In this document: positions 10,089 through 19,290 of the stretch, one piece after another
How the letters are laid out: every line of letters begins with the position of its first letter
Position numbering within the stretch: the first letter of the stretch is position 1
Source: Fimbriimonadales bacterium
Lineage (GTDB): Bacteria; Armatimonadota; Fimbriimonadia; Fimbriimonadales; ATM1
NCBI GenBank assembly: GCA_051003155.1
Contig: JBPCLO010000009.1
Location: forward strand, 1-48,635
Reading direction: 5' to 3'
Length of the DNA stretch: 48,635 bases
Notes under the pieces: generated by a model
The model's input: the letters and a program-made list of their open reading frames with translations, nothing else
What the model was told of the DNA's origin: nothing
Databases searched by the model: none
Program-made: the position numbers and the translations under genes

Positions 10089-10852
10089 CGGCGGCTACCG
10101 CCTACAAGTTCACGGATGCGCTCGGGAAGACCATCGAAAGGTGCCGCGACCGTCGGGATGCTGGTACCTTGGCACCAACATTCGAGTTGGCGGCACCTGC
10201 CAGCTGTAGTTGTGACGAAGAGCACTTTGAAGTTCTTCTTGCCGTAGGTTTCCCCGAACGTCTCTTTCTGGTAGCGCTCGTAGCTGCGGAGCTTCTCTTC
10301 GATCTGCCGTCTTGATGAATTGGCCAGATCGACCTCGATAAAGAATGAGGTTCGGCCGCGCTCAGAGCGAATTTCTGCATAAGCATCCGGCTTGAAGATT
10401 CGTGCGGTATTTGATCCGCTGACGAAATACTCGTGCCGGCAGCGTCCCTCCGGCAGCCACATGACTAGGTCAATGTTGGGCGAGCTCAAAAGACAGCGAA
10501 CTTGAACGATGCTGAGCGTGTGGACTGCCATCGACCTGGAGGGTTCCGGGTAGGACACGTAGGCGTCGGTTCGCTTAACGCGGCCGCGTTCCAACAAGAC
10601 CAGCATCCCTGGCCGCGAGATCCTGACCACCTGCGATAGGCCGGTGACGCTCGGCACCTCAGGGTAGGGGAGCACCAATCCACCTTTGCGCAGCTGATTC
10701 AGCCTCCGGTTGCAGCGGCTTAGCGATGAGAAATATCCTAGCCTCAGGATCTGTCCGCTACTCATCAATCGGTGCCAGAAGAGATCCGCCAAAAGGGTCA
10801 TATCTCTTTGCATCAACCTAAGGCGCGGGTTAGAATCGCGGCGACCGGGCAT
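10085..10852 (-). CDS. Replication-relaxation (Replic_Relax, PF13814-like) protein
   Basis: N-terminal wHTH (RDMTLLADL...RRLNQL), HTLSI, and PDAY...FFIEVD...KLRSYERY. Probable ATG at 10852. Confidence 0.8.
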   Translation of the reverse strand: MPGRRDSNPRLRLMQRDMTLLADLFWHRLMSSGQILRLGYFSSLSRCNRRLNQLRKGGLVLPYPEVPSVTGLSQVVRISRPGMLVLLERGRVKRTDAYVSYPEPSRSMAVHTLSIVQVRCLLSSPNIDLVMWLPEGRCRHEYFVSGSNTARIFKPDAYAEIRSERGRTSFFIEVDLANSSRRQIEEKLRSYERYQKETFGETYGKKNFKVLFVTTTAGRCRQLECWCQGTSIPTVAAPFDGLPERIRELVGGSRR

Positions 10853-12233
10853 GACGAACCTCCACTTTCTTCTGCTTCGATGGTCGCGCTGGCGGGCCGG
10901 CTTCATGTAGGATTTTCCAATTCCTAGCCGCGCGCCGGCGCAACGAGTCAATCGCCCCGAGCGCCGCGTCTGCGTCATCCGCAAGGACCGTCCGGACCCT
11001 TCTGGTGGCCCTGGAGCGCTCAGTGAAGAGCGCCTCGCCTACTGGCAGACAAGTAAGTAAATCTTTGACCAACTCTTTCTTGCCGAAGCCAGAAACCTCT
11101 CGGGCAAGCACCCCGGCGTCGTCAGCGCCCGTTTGGAAGTAGAGCTGGAGATGGACGTTGTTGCGAATGCACTCCTGCAAGGGTTTGGAGAGTTGCCCGA
11201 GGTTCTGATGAGCCAGCGTCAGATGAGCACCGTAACGCCTGCCTTCAGCGACGAGCGTCGCAAAGCTCTCGCAAGCAAGATTCTCGAACTCGTCGATGAT
11301 GAGATAGAGCGGGCGGCGCCCCGCTTCCCGCTGATCCGCCCGGCCAAGAAGCGCCTCTTCGATTGCCGTAAGAAACAAGCTGCCGGCTAGGTGCCCTGCT
11401 TCCTTGAGCCGATGGGCGGCAAGGGCAATGAGGATAATTCGGCCCGGAGTTTCAAAGAGGCTTTGGAAGGAGATTCCTGATGGAGCGCATAACATCTTTC
11501 GCAAGACAGGCAGTGCAAGAAAAGGCGTCACCTTGTTGAGCGCGGGCGAGACCAGCGTGTTCTGCATCTGCCTAGAGAGTTGGTCGTAGCGCCCAAAGAA
11601 GTCTGTGACCATCGGGTCCTGGGCGTGGCCAAGAATTCGGCTTCGAGCGTCTTCGGAGACCAGCAACTCAGGCAATTGGCAGAGGGTTCCGTTCGATGAG
11701 GCGAGTGCGATCAAGGAATTGCGCAAGACCTCGTCTAGCTGGACCCCCCAAGACTCGGCTTTTGAACGAAAGACGCCAAGGATGCCGTAGGCGCGTGAAT
11801 GCACGGATCCTGGTCCGACGAGGGGATTGAAGGGCGGGACCAGAGCTTCGTCTCGCAGGTCGATAAGGCAAAGCCTGCGCGGCAGGTCATCTCCAAGTTG
11901 CGATGCTGCCAACCTGGCGAGGACTCGGTCGACGAGGTCGCCACGAAGGTCTATCAGGCAGATCGTCTGGCCACGCCGCACCAGATGGTCGATAAGGCGA
12001 AGGAGCAAATTTGTCTTACCCGTCCCAGTTGCACCTGTGACGTAGAAATGGCGAGAGAAATCTTGAGCGCTAAGGCCGATCAACTCGTCGGTGTCGACGT
12101 CTTGGCCGAGAATGAAGGCGGCGGCACTCGGCCCAGCCGGGACCTTGGCTTTCCGCCCATGCCAGGAGCCTTGGATACCGAGACAAGCTCTTTCAATGAG
12201 GGAGACGAGTGAACTCACGATGCCCGCCTCCAT
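10830..12233 (-). CDS. VirD4/TraG/HerA-like ATPase (type IV coupling protein-like)
   Basis: HFYVTGATGTGKT (Walker A), LIDLRGD, LYLIIDEFEN (Walker B) and EGRRYG...LAHQNLGQL. Confidence 0.85.
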   Translation of the reverse strand: MEAGIVSSLVSLIERACLGIQGSWHGRKAKVPAGPSAAAFILGQDVDTDELIGLSAQDFSRHFYVTGATGTGKTNLLLRLIDHLVRRGQTICLIDLRGDLVDRVLARLAASQLGDDLPRRLCLIDLRDEALVPPFNPLVGPGSVHSRAYGILGVFRSKAESWGVQLDEVLRNSLIALASSNGTLCQLPELLVSEDARSRILGHAQDPMVTDFFGRYDQLSRQMQNTLVSPALNKVTPFLALPVLRKMLCAPSGISFQSLFETPGRIILIALAAHRLKEAGHLAGSLFLTAIEEALLGRADQREAGRRPLYLIIDEFENLACESFATLVAEGRRYGAHLTLAHQNLGQLSKPLQECIRNNVHLQLYFQTGADDAGVLAREVSGFGKKELVKDLLTCLPVGEALFTERSRATRRVRTVLADDADAALGAIDSLRRRAARNWKILHEAGPPARPSKQKKVEVRHARSPRF

Positions 12234-13546
12234 TTGAGCGGCATGAGGTTCTTGCAGAAAACTAGGAATCTGTGTCCTAGGCCGGGCCGCCTGGCGGCAG
12301 AAACATTTCTTAGTTCGCTCGTGTACTCCTCGCCCTTGTACAGAGCCAGCAGGCCATCTTCAGCCACCCAGCTCGCGGCCAGGGCATCGATTTCGCAATC
12401 CTCGAGCTGCTCGAGTTCCGACCGGCTCGGCGCTTCTCGATACTGGGATTCCAGATCCCCAATCTTCGCATCGAGATCTTTCTCGACCTTCAGCAACGTT
12501 AGAGTCTTTTCGCGAAGAGCGGCGGCTTCTGCATAAGCCTGCGAGCTTCGTACCTGCCGTTCTCGCCTTGCCCTTTCGGAAGCAAGGGCGGCCTGCCGGA
12601 CCCCGGCGATTCCTGTGGCGCTTCCTTCTGCGAGGTAAAAGCAAATGACCGGAACGGAAAGGAGGAGCGAGACAAGGAAAAGGTCGAACTTGGAGATGGA
12701 GAACGCTCCGAGGCTCGTTTCTTCCACTAAGGCTCTGAAAATGCCGAGTTGCTCGACCTTGGATTCGACCGCGGCGAAAGCGCCAGCTACCAAAACCGTC
12801 AAGATGGTGAGCGCTAAGGGGAATCTACGCTCCCTATTGTTATGCCGAAGGGCATACCACTCGGAGGCTTCGCCAAAACGGATGGCCAGAATTTCAAGAG
12901 TTCTCCCGACGAGCGAAATGATAGAGGTGCCTAGAATCGCCCAGATGATGAGCGGCGCTGGATTCGATGCAACTTCCTCTAAATATAGGTTTCCGGCAAG
13001 AAGGCCGGCACTGATACCAAAGAGGGTGCCAGCCCCAAGTGTCGCCGCGACCTTGAGGAGAAATGTCCCAAATCTGGCTTCAGGCTTTGGCAACGTGAAG
13101 CCGAGTTCTCCCGCTATCGCTTCGTCGGTTTCCATGCGGACGGCTGCAGGAGGGCCTGCTAGCTCGGTGGACGAGAACTCGCAGCCGGCCGCAACGCATA
13201 CACGAACCGTTTCAGGCAGCAGCTCTTTGGTTACGCTCCCAATCTCCTTCCTTTGGCTGCCGAGATCTTCGACCTTCTGAGCGATCCGGCCGTTATGGCC
13301 CGTCCGCTTACGCTCCTGTTCGTTCCGGATATCAGCCACATTCTCGCTGACTGCCAGAGCATGCTTGATCTTGAGGAGTGGATGACCCTTGGCGGCGGCT
13401 TTGGTATCTGTTGCCGCTAGTTTGGCGAGGCTTACTGCAGCTTCATCGTCTGCCGTGATGCCGGGCCGCAAAATGCCATGGCTTTGCTGGATGGTGTTGC
13501 CGTACTTGTCCCGGCGCTTGGGGATGATGTGCGAGAGCGGCTTCAT
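12215..13546 (-). CDS. Hypothetical membrane protein with coiled coils
   Basis: About 4 hydrophobic segments flanked by coiled-coil regions. Overlaps both neighbours. Confidence 0.75.
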   Translation of the reverse strand: MKPLSHIIPKRRDKYGNTIQQSHGILRPGITADDEAAVSLAKLAATDTKAAAKGHPLLKIKHALAVSENVADIRNEQERKRTGHNGRIAQKVEDLGSQRKEIGSVTKELLPETVRVCVAAGCEFSSTELAGPPAAVRMETDEAIAGELGFTLPKPEARFGTFLLKVAATLGAGTLFGISAGLLAGNLYLEEVASNPAPLIIWAILGTSIISLVGRTLEILAIRFGEASEWYALRHNNRERRFPLALTILTVLVAGAFAAVESKVEQLGIFRALVEETSLGAFSISKFDLFLVSLLLSVPVICFYLAEGSATGIAGVRQAALASERARRERQVRSSQAYAEAAALREKTLTLLKVEKDLDAKIGDLESQYREAPSRSELEQLEDCEIDALAASWVAEDGLLALYKGEEYTSELRNVSAARRPGLGHRFLVFCKNLMPLKWRRAS

Positions 13547-14145
13547 TTAGCGGCAACCTCCAACAGGGCTAAATCGGCGTCGGCCAGCGAACGGACATTG
13601 GCCCTCTCGCCAAATGCGGCGAAGTGTTTGGCAAAAGTGACGCGGTGCTCCGGGAGGACGCCAAGAACAGCCACCCTGTCCAGATTCTTTATTCTTTGGC
13701 CGCCCGAGATGACGGTCTCAAGGTCGCCCTCTACCCACTCCTCGCCGCCGTCAGTTAGAACAAGAAGAGAGGCGCGGGAGCTGGAGTTGCTTACCGACCT
13801 AAAGGCAAGGCGAAGCGCTCGAGCGTGCCGGGTTCCATCCTTGGCGATTCCGGGCCTCGGCTTTGTCAGCGCTTCTTTAAGAGCAGCATTGAACTTGCCC
13901 CGGTCGCGAAGGCCGGGGCCTTCGTAAACGATGTCGGCATCGTTGCCGTAAGAAATGATCGTGACCTCGGGAGCTTTCCTTTGCGCTTTAAAGCCAAGTT
14001 GAGCGTAGCGAACTAACCTCTCTAAGCTCTGGTCGCTGACATCGATGACGATAACGAGATGACGATCTGCAGGCTCATAGCAACCGGCAATCAGCGCTAT
14101 GCAGGCTAGAAGCGCAGCCATTGCCCCTTTCAAGTTTTGACTCAT
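13543..14145 (-). CDS. VWA-domain lipoprotein
   Basis: Lipobox LIAGC, MIDAS-like VIDVSDQS and LVLTDG motifs. Confidence 0.7.
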   Translation of the reverse strand: MSQNLKGAMAALLACIALIAGCYEPADRHLVIVIDVSDQSLERLVRYAQLGFKAQRKAPEVTIISYGNDADIVYEGPGLRDRGKFNAALKEALTKPRPGIAKDGTRHARALRLAFRSVSNSSSRASLLVLTDGGEEWVEGDLETVISGGQRIKNLDRVAVLGVLPEHRVTFAKHFAAFGERANVRSLADADLALLEVAAK

Positions 14146-14195
14146 GACCGAGTATGGGAAGGGGGATTAACGGGCATTCCTGTAACGAAAGCAGA

Positions 14196-14213
14196 CTTTA
14201 GTCTCGACTAAAG
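14196..14213. promoter_or_regulatory. Perfect inverted repeat CTTTAGTC-TC-GACTAAAG, candidate operator
   Basis: 8-bp arms in the 86-bp divergent gap between the transfer operon and the HTH gene. Confidence 0.5.
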
Positions 14214-14231
14214 AAATGGGGAGAAAAGTCG

Positions 14232-15326
14232 ATGAAGCGAAACCAAAAGGCCGAATTCAGGGAGTTCTTAGAGGCGCTAATCATCGAAGAAGCCGGCTCG
14301 CAAGCGGCTTTTGCGAAACGGCTGGGAGTTTCAGAAGGGCGCATCTCACAGCTTCTGGCGCCACCAACCACGAGAGACATCAGCTACGGCCTCGTCTGCA
14401 GGATATCTAATGAGCTTAGCCGTCCCGGCCGGCGCGAGGAACTTTTCAAAAGATACCAGCAGGCGTTTGCGCCGGACCCGGTGACTGGGCTGGTGGATCT
14501 AGATCGCCACGACGAGGTCGACGCCTTTATCGCAAAATCAAAAGAGCTTGTCGAGGTCGGTTACAACGACTACGTGCTGCAAGAGTCTAAGCGGATCCAC
14601 CGAGCACTTCGGGAAAAGCGAGGGATGGAAGAGTTCGCTATTAGGGCGGGGCTCGTTGCGACCGAGAGCTACTTCCTTAAAGACCTCAGGCCGGTTGGGC
14701 TCAATCTCTTGGCCGAGACCGGGCGGATCATCTATGCCAGGAAACCAGTCCACTTGACGCTGCAAATGCTGATGCTCCAGGCTCTTGGCAAGCGTTCGCT
14801 CTACCGAAACAACCCGAGCGCAGCCCGCCAAGAGTTCGAAGCGGCGGCCAAGTTTCTGGGAAATCTCAGACGGACACCATCAGTCATCAAAGCTGAGCGG
14901 ACGCTTTTGCGGGATAGAGCGCTCCTTTGTTGGGATGAGCTGCGTTGCGGTATCGAAGCGCCGGATATTGAGAAGCGCTTTTCAGAACTGGAAGCAGCAA
15001 CCCAGGTCTCAGAAGATAGCAACGAGCGTTTTCTTGCCCGCGAGGTCCTGGCAAGAGGAGCAATCGTTTTGGGGAACTTCGATAAAGCTGAGGAGCAGTT
15101 GGAGAAGCTGCGTAAGGACAGCCGGCCTCCCCTTCTCAAGGTCAAGGTGCTCTTAACGGAAGCCAGACTATCTCTTGCCTTTGGGGACGCCAACAACGCC
15201 TATCTTCAGATCCTCAAAGCCATAAACCTCTGTGATGCCGGCGGGTTTGCCCACTACCGGCATGAAGCGAAAGAATTGCAGTTCCAATTGATCGGGTCCG
15301 ATCCCACAAAGGCTAGATTACGATAG
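14232..15326 (+). CDS. XRE-type HTH regulator with TPR-like helical C-terminus
   Basis: SQAAFAKRLGVSEGRISQLL HTH plus C-terminal A/L-rich helical repeats. Divergent from the transfer operon. Confidence 0.7.
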   Translation: MKRNQKAEFREFLEALIIEEAGSQAAFAKRLGVSEGRISQLLAPPTTRDISYGLVCRISNELSRPGRREELFKRYQQAFAPDPVTGLVDLDRHDEVDAFIAKSKELVEVGYNDYVLQESKRIHRALREKRGMEEFAIRAGLVATESYFLKDLRPVGLNLLAETGRIIYARKPVHLTLQMLMLQALGKRSLYRNNPSAARQEFEAAAKFLGNLRRTPSVIKAERTLLRDRALLCWDELRCGIEAPDIEKRFSELEAATQVSEDSNERFLAREVLARGAIVLGNFDKAEEQLEKLRKDSRPPLLKVKVLLTEARLSLAFGDANNAYLQILKAINLCDAGGFAHYRHEAKELQFQLIGSDPTKARLR

Positions 15327-15431
15327 GAGGTTCTCGGCGGTCAAAAAGGATAAGCGCGAGATGAGTACCGAACTCGTCGGGATCGTCTCTGCAACGGTTG
15401 TTTACCCATTTCAATAACTCGGCAGATCCAA

Positions 15432-17162
15432 ATGAAGCTTAGCACGATCTCAATTCGCAATTTTAGAAGCATCAGAGCGCTCGATCTTGCCTTACGTGAT
15501 TACAGTTGCTTCCTTGGCAAAAACGACACCGGTAAGTCCTCCGTTCTCGATGCGCTGAACCTCTTGTTCGATCCATCGATGGATTGCCGCCAGCAAGATA
15601 TCTGCGGTATTGAGGTCGCAGAGGAGGACGAGGCATACATCGAAGGGAAGCTGGAAGACGTTCCTGAAACCCATCCGTATTCAGCCAGCGGCGTGGCCAG
15701 AGTCCGATTCGATCTACGCGACGAGAGGCGATACGCGTGGGGTGTCACAGCCACAAACCATGACCTAAAGGCAATGGGAACGGGCATCTTTACAAAGGGT
15801 CAATACACGAAGGCCGCATTATCTGATGAACAGAGGACGCTGGTCGATCCAATCATTGCTAATTTCCCCGCATCCGGTAGTCGTATCGAGGCCCAAGGCT
15901 GGGTACATGCATACGAGGCCCTGGACAACGAGGGGTTAGTCGATAAGGAACCCGGCTGGGATCCGATCACGGATGGTGATCTCGTCGCCCTTGTTGTGCC
16001 AGTAATCCTTCGTGCCGATCTCAAGGCCTTGGAGGAATTATCTGACGCAGGCGATACGGCTCTGGCAAGGGTCGGCGGCTTTCTCGTTCGGCAAGCTGCT
16101 TCACAGCACAAAGGGCTCCAAGAAGCCAATGAGAACTTGAAGACCCAGATTGCGGACGTTTCTCGCCGAGATGAGAATGGGAGGTGGGAGTTTGAGCCCC
16201 TGAACCAACTCGAGGACACTCTCGAGGCTGAAATTCAAGATTTTGACAGCGCCGTCATCGTTGACGCAATGGTAGCGCCTCCGAAACTGCGTCCTCTCCA
16301 ATTCAGCATCCAAGTGGGGGTGCACGATAAATACGTCCCGGACATTAGCGGATTGGGGCATGGGCTGCAAAGGACAGCCATCTTTGCACTACTTCGTATT
16401 CCCCAGAAACTGGCTTCCGCGGAGCCAGCGCCTGAATCACCACTATATCTCTTTCTCATCGAGGAGCCGGAGCTATTTCTTCATCCGCAGGCCGAGCTGC
16501 GGAGGATGCGCGATCTAACTGATTTGTCGCTCCTACCTCAGGTTCAGGTCTGCGTTGCTACACATTCTGCCTTTTTCGTTGACATGTGGTTATATCGGGG
16601 AATCGCCCGCTTTTCCCGGCCGAACAGGCTTGCAACTATTGCTCAACAGTGGGAGGGCAAAGAACTCGACGACGACTTGAAAGAACTTCTCAAGGCCGCT
16701 CGGTTTTTCCATCCCACGCGATCGGCAATGCTTTTTGCCGACATGGTCGTTCTTACGGAAGGAGACACCGAAAACCTAATGATCCCTGTTCTTGCCGAAG
16801 GGATGGGCATAATTGCTGACAACGTGGAGGTGGTGAATTGTACCGGCATCGGGAACCTAAAGCTGTTCTCGCAAATCCTACAAGGGTTCAAAATGAAATA
16901 CATTGTTTGGCCAGACTCAAACGAGACTGACAAAATCGAAGATCTTCGGAAAAATATCGACCCAGCGTTCGGTAAGTTAGTTATTGCGAACGGGAACTGG
17001 GAAACGATGACCGAGATTACCGTGTCGAAACGCGATAGTAAACCTTTGAAGAGCTATGAGCACTTTGTAGTCAACGGCAACGAGCCAAACGAGCTTACTC
17101 GAGCCTGCATCCGAGCCGCCTACGAATGGCGTGATTTTGATGCATCTGCGGCGGACAATTGA
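15432..17162 (+). CDS. OLD-family ATP-dependent nuclease (ABC ATPase + TOPRIM)
   Basis: IRNFRSI, GKNDTGKS, GHGLQR, LIEEPELFLHP and ATHS motifs, plus TOPRIM LFADMVVLTEGDTE. Confidence 0.88.
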   Translation: MKLSTISIRNFRSIRALDLALRDYSCFLGKNDTGKSSVLDALNLLFDPSMDCRQQDICGIEVAEEDEAYIEGKLEDVPETHPYSASGVARVRFDLRDERRYAWGVTATNHDLKAMGTGIFTKGQYTKAALSDEQRTLVDPIIANFPASGSRIEAQGWVHAYEALDNEGLVDKEPGWDPITDGDLVALVVPVILRADLKALEELSDAGDTALARVGGFLVRQAASQHKGLQEANENLKTQIADVSRRDENGRWEFEPLNQLEDTLEAEIQDFDSAVIVDAMVAPPKLRPLQFSIQVGVHDKYVPDISGLGHGLQRTAIFALLRIPQKLASAEPAPESPLYLFLIEEPELFLHPQAELRRMRDLTDLSLLPQVQVCVATHSAFFVDMWLYRGIARFSRPNRLATIAQQWEGKELDDDLKELLKAARFFHPTRSAMLFADMVVLTEGDTENLMIPVLAEGMGIIADNVEVVNCTGIGNLKLFSQILQGFKMKYIVWPDSNETDKIEDLRKNIDPAFGKLVIANGNWETMTEITVSKRDSKPLKSYEHFVVNGNEPNELTRACIRAAYEWRDFDASAADN

Positions 17163-17539
17163 TGACAATTCAGAAGGCGAAGACCATCGTTGTGGATGCT
17201 ATCGCGAACCGAAAGATTCTCGAGATGATCTACCAACACTCAACCGACGACCAATCTGTCGAGCACACCATTGCACCGTTAGATATTGGATCCACCAATC
17301 CAGACCGCAAGAAGAGTTCAGCGGAACTGTTGTTCGCCTACTCGTATACACATCTGGACAAGGAGGGCCGGAAGAAGCCCAAGGTGTGCGCATTCAAAAT
17401 CCCAAATATAATCGAGTTGCGGGACACCGGCAGCACATTCGATCCAATCGAGATCGCGAACCTGAACAGGAAGGCAACTGGCTACGATTATCGCGACTGC
17501 GACTTCGCGCTGCTTCCTAATCGTGACTGGTACAGCTAG
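17162..17539 (+). CDS. Stand-alone WYL-like domain protein
   Basis: Pattern AIANRKILEMIY...HTIAP...LLFAY...AFKIPNIIEL...FDP. TGATG coupling to the OLD gene. Confidence 0.65.
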   Translation: MTIQKAKTIVVDAIANRKILEMIYQHSTDDQSVEHTIAPLDIGSTNPDRKKSSAELLFAYSYTHLDKEGRKKPKVCAFKIPNIIELRDTGSTFDPIEIANLNRKATGYDYRDCDFALLPNRDWYS

Positions 17540-17838
17540 AGACGAAGGTCCGCCTTCATCATTCCGCCTCGTGCTGTTGCTTGGGCATTAGATTTGGTGA
17601 GTACGCCGATAAAGATGACCTCGCTGGGCAAGAACGATTTCTAACTTTAGAATCGTAAGAGACAAGCACCTCTCATTCGAAAGTATCCGAGCCGGCGGAG
17701 CCTCTCCGCGACGCGGTCGCAGCCATAATGGATATTGAAGGGATAAGGAGAGAATCTCGGTATTCGTCAGCGTTACACTTCGAGCATTTGAACCCAATTG
17801 GGTGTGAAATATAGCACAGCCATGTGCTAAGGAGTGTG

Positions 17839-18804
17839 CTAGTTTCGGACGAGCAGATTATCGGCATAGACTTTCGATTTCAACTTCTCCAACCTCCTTG
17901 CGATAAGGTCCCGGGACTTGGGATCGATATCTATGCCGATGGCGTTGCGGCCGTTTGCAAGCGCTACTTCGATCGTTGTACCTGACCCGACAAAAGGATC
18001 GAGGACTGTTCCACCAAGAGGACAGCCGGCCAAGATGCAAGGCTCAATGAGTTTGGGCGGGAAGACGGCGTAGTGTGGTCCTTTGAAAAGAGCCACCGGG
18101 ACCGTCCAGACCGAGCGTTTGTTCTTGCCCAACGGATGGCACATGTCGATAGAGCGCAGACTGTTTGATCGGCCTCGCGGAGCAATGGATCCAGGCGGCG
18201 GTCGGTGAGGATACTTCATTCTCCTCAGACTTGAGGCCATGTGCGGCTCCCTAAGAGCATCGCTATCGTAGTAGTAGCGGCGGCTCTTGGAGAAAAGAAA
18301 CATGTATTCGTGGCAGCGGGTCGGCCGGTCCTTGACGCTTTCCGGTGTGCAGTTGGGTTTATGCCAGATAACATCGCAGCGCAGCAACCAGCCGTCTCTT
18401 TGCAGGGCCAAGGCCACCCTCCAGGGGATGCCGGCCTGGTTCTTGGGCGCTAAGTGGCTGGACGCAGGCGTGGCGACACGGACGTTTTGTCGGCTGGATC
18501 TGGCCCGAGTTCCAAACTGACGGACATCCCTTTGACCGGCTGCCTTGCCGCTTCCGATATACGAATCTCCGAGGATGAGCCAAAGGGTGCCGTCATGACG
18601 TAGGACGCGCCGCGCTCTTCGAAAGACCTTGACAAGCCTTCGAACATACTGATCGATTGTCGGTTCCAATCCGATCTGTCCCTTGACCCTATAGTCCCTC
18701 AAGAACCAGTAGGGCGGGGAGGTAACGATTGCGTGGACGGATTCCGCGGGCAAGTCCTTGAGGCAGGCTTCGGCGTCCCCGATGATCACTCGGCTCGTTG
18801 TCAT
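17839..18804 (-). CDS. Orphan beta-class DNA methyltransferase (N4-C/N6-A)
   Basis: IVTSPPY (motif IV) precedes VLDPFVGSGTT (motif I). Also IWHKPN and HYAVFP. The start may be 18804 or 18897. Confidence 0.92.
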   Translation of the reverse strand: MTTSRVIIGDAEACLKDLPAESVHAIVTSPPYWFLRDYRVKGQIGLEPTIDQYVRRLVKVFRRARRVLRHDGTLWLILGDSYIGSGKAAGQRDVRQFGTRARSSRQNVRVATPASSHLAPKNQAGIPWRVALALQRDGWLLRCDVIWHKPNCTPESVKDRPTRCHEYMFLFSKSRRYYYDSDALREPHMASSLRRMKYPHRPPPGSIAPRGRSNSLRSIDMCHPLGKNKRSVWTVPVALFKGPHYAVFPPKLIEPCILAGCPLGGTVLDPFVGSGTTIEVALANGRNAIGIDIDPKSRDLIARRLEKLKSKVYADNLLVRN

Positions 18805-18868
18805 TTCCGGCACTCTAGATGGCTGGATCGCAGCTGCCAAATATCGCTGCTGCAAAAGCACTTGATCC

Positions 18869-18897
18869 TTGACTTGGAAGGCGCCTCTTGCTACCAT
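18869..18897 (+). promoter_or_regulatory. Sigma70-type promoter TTGACT-N17-TACCAT with extended -10 TG
   Basis: The hexamers and 17-nt spacing are identical in copy 2 (24606-24634) while the spacer sequence has diverged. Confidence 0.7.
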
Positions 18898-18903
18898 TCT
18901 CGC

Positions 18904-18956
18904 GTGATCGCCTTCTCCCTGGAGCTTCCCAATGGCCTTGGGGAGGAGGTGATCAC
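18904..18956 (+). promoter_or_regulatory. 5'-leader hairpin that sequesters the RBS
   Basis: GTGATCGCCTTCTCCC pairs with GGGAGGAGGTGATCAC (16 bp including G-U). Conserved at 24641-24693. Confidence 0.7.
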
Positions 18957-18959
18957 ATA

Positions 18960-19235
18960 TTGGAAGCGACCCGTACCTTTGAACTCGGCCAGATCGTCAT
19001 TACGGCCCATGCCCTTGAAGTTCTTGATCCAGAAGCTATGTTGAATAGCCTCAGGCGTCACGCCAAGGGCGACTGGGGCGAACTTTGCGAGGAGGATAGG
19101 GTCGAGAACGAGCTCTCTCTCAGAGAAGGCTTCCGTCTACTCTCCGCCTATCACGATTGCAACGGCGTCAAGTTTTGGATCATTACCGAAGCTGATCGGT
19201 CGGTAACGACGATCCTTCTTCCCGAAGACTACTAG
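18960..19235 (+). CDS. Conserved small MGE protein (GDWG...WIITEADRSxTTILLPEDY type), copy 1
   Basis: TTG start after GGAGGAGGT; 91 aa; paralogue of 24697..24972. Confidence 0.85.
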   Translation: MEATRTFELGQIVITAHALEVLDPEAMLNSLRRHAKGDWGELCEEDRVENELSLREGFRLLSAYHDCNGVKFWIITEADRSVTTILLPEDY

Positions 19236-19263
19236 GGCAGCCAAACGGTTGCCCTCTTCTTTC
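19234..19263 (+). terminator. Intrinsic terminator
   Basis: AGGGCAGCC-AAAC-GGTTGCCCT followed by CTTCTTTT directly after the stop codon. Confidence 0.65.
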
Positions 19264-19290
19264 ATGCTTACAGGATCGAGCCAAGATCAT

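Larger units (their letters stand above)
18733..19234 (+). repeat. Imperfect ~500-bp direct repeat, copy 1
   Basis: Aligns by eye with 24468-24971. Covers the MTase 5' end, promoter, leader and 91-aa ORF. Confidence 0.9.

Noticed and set aside
15432..17539. Gabija or retron call for the OLD gene
   Set aside because: No UvrD helicase or reverse transcriptase is adjacent.
17839..18804. Complete type II restriction-modification system
   Set aside because: No confidently identified cognate endonuclease; 19291..20298 is only a tentative nuclease.
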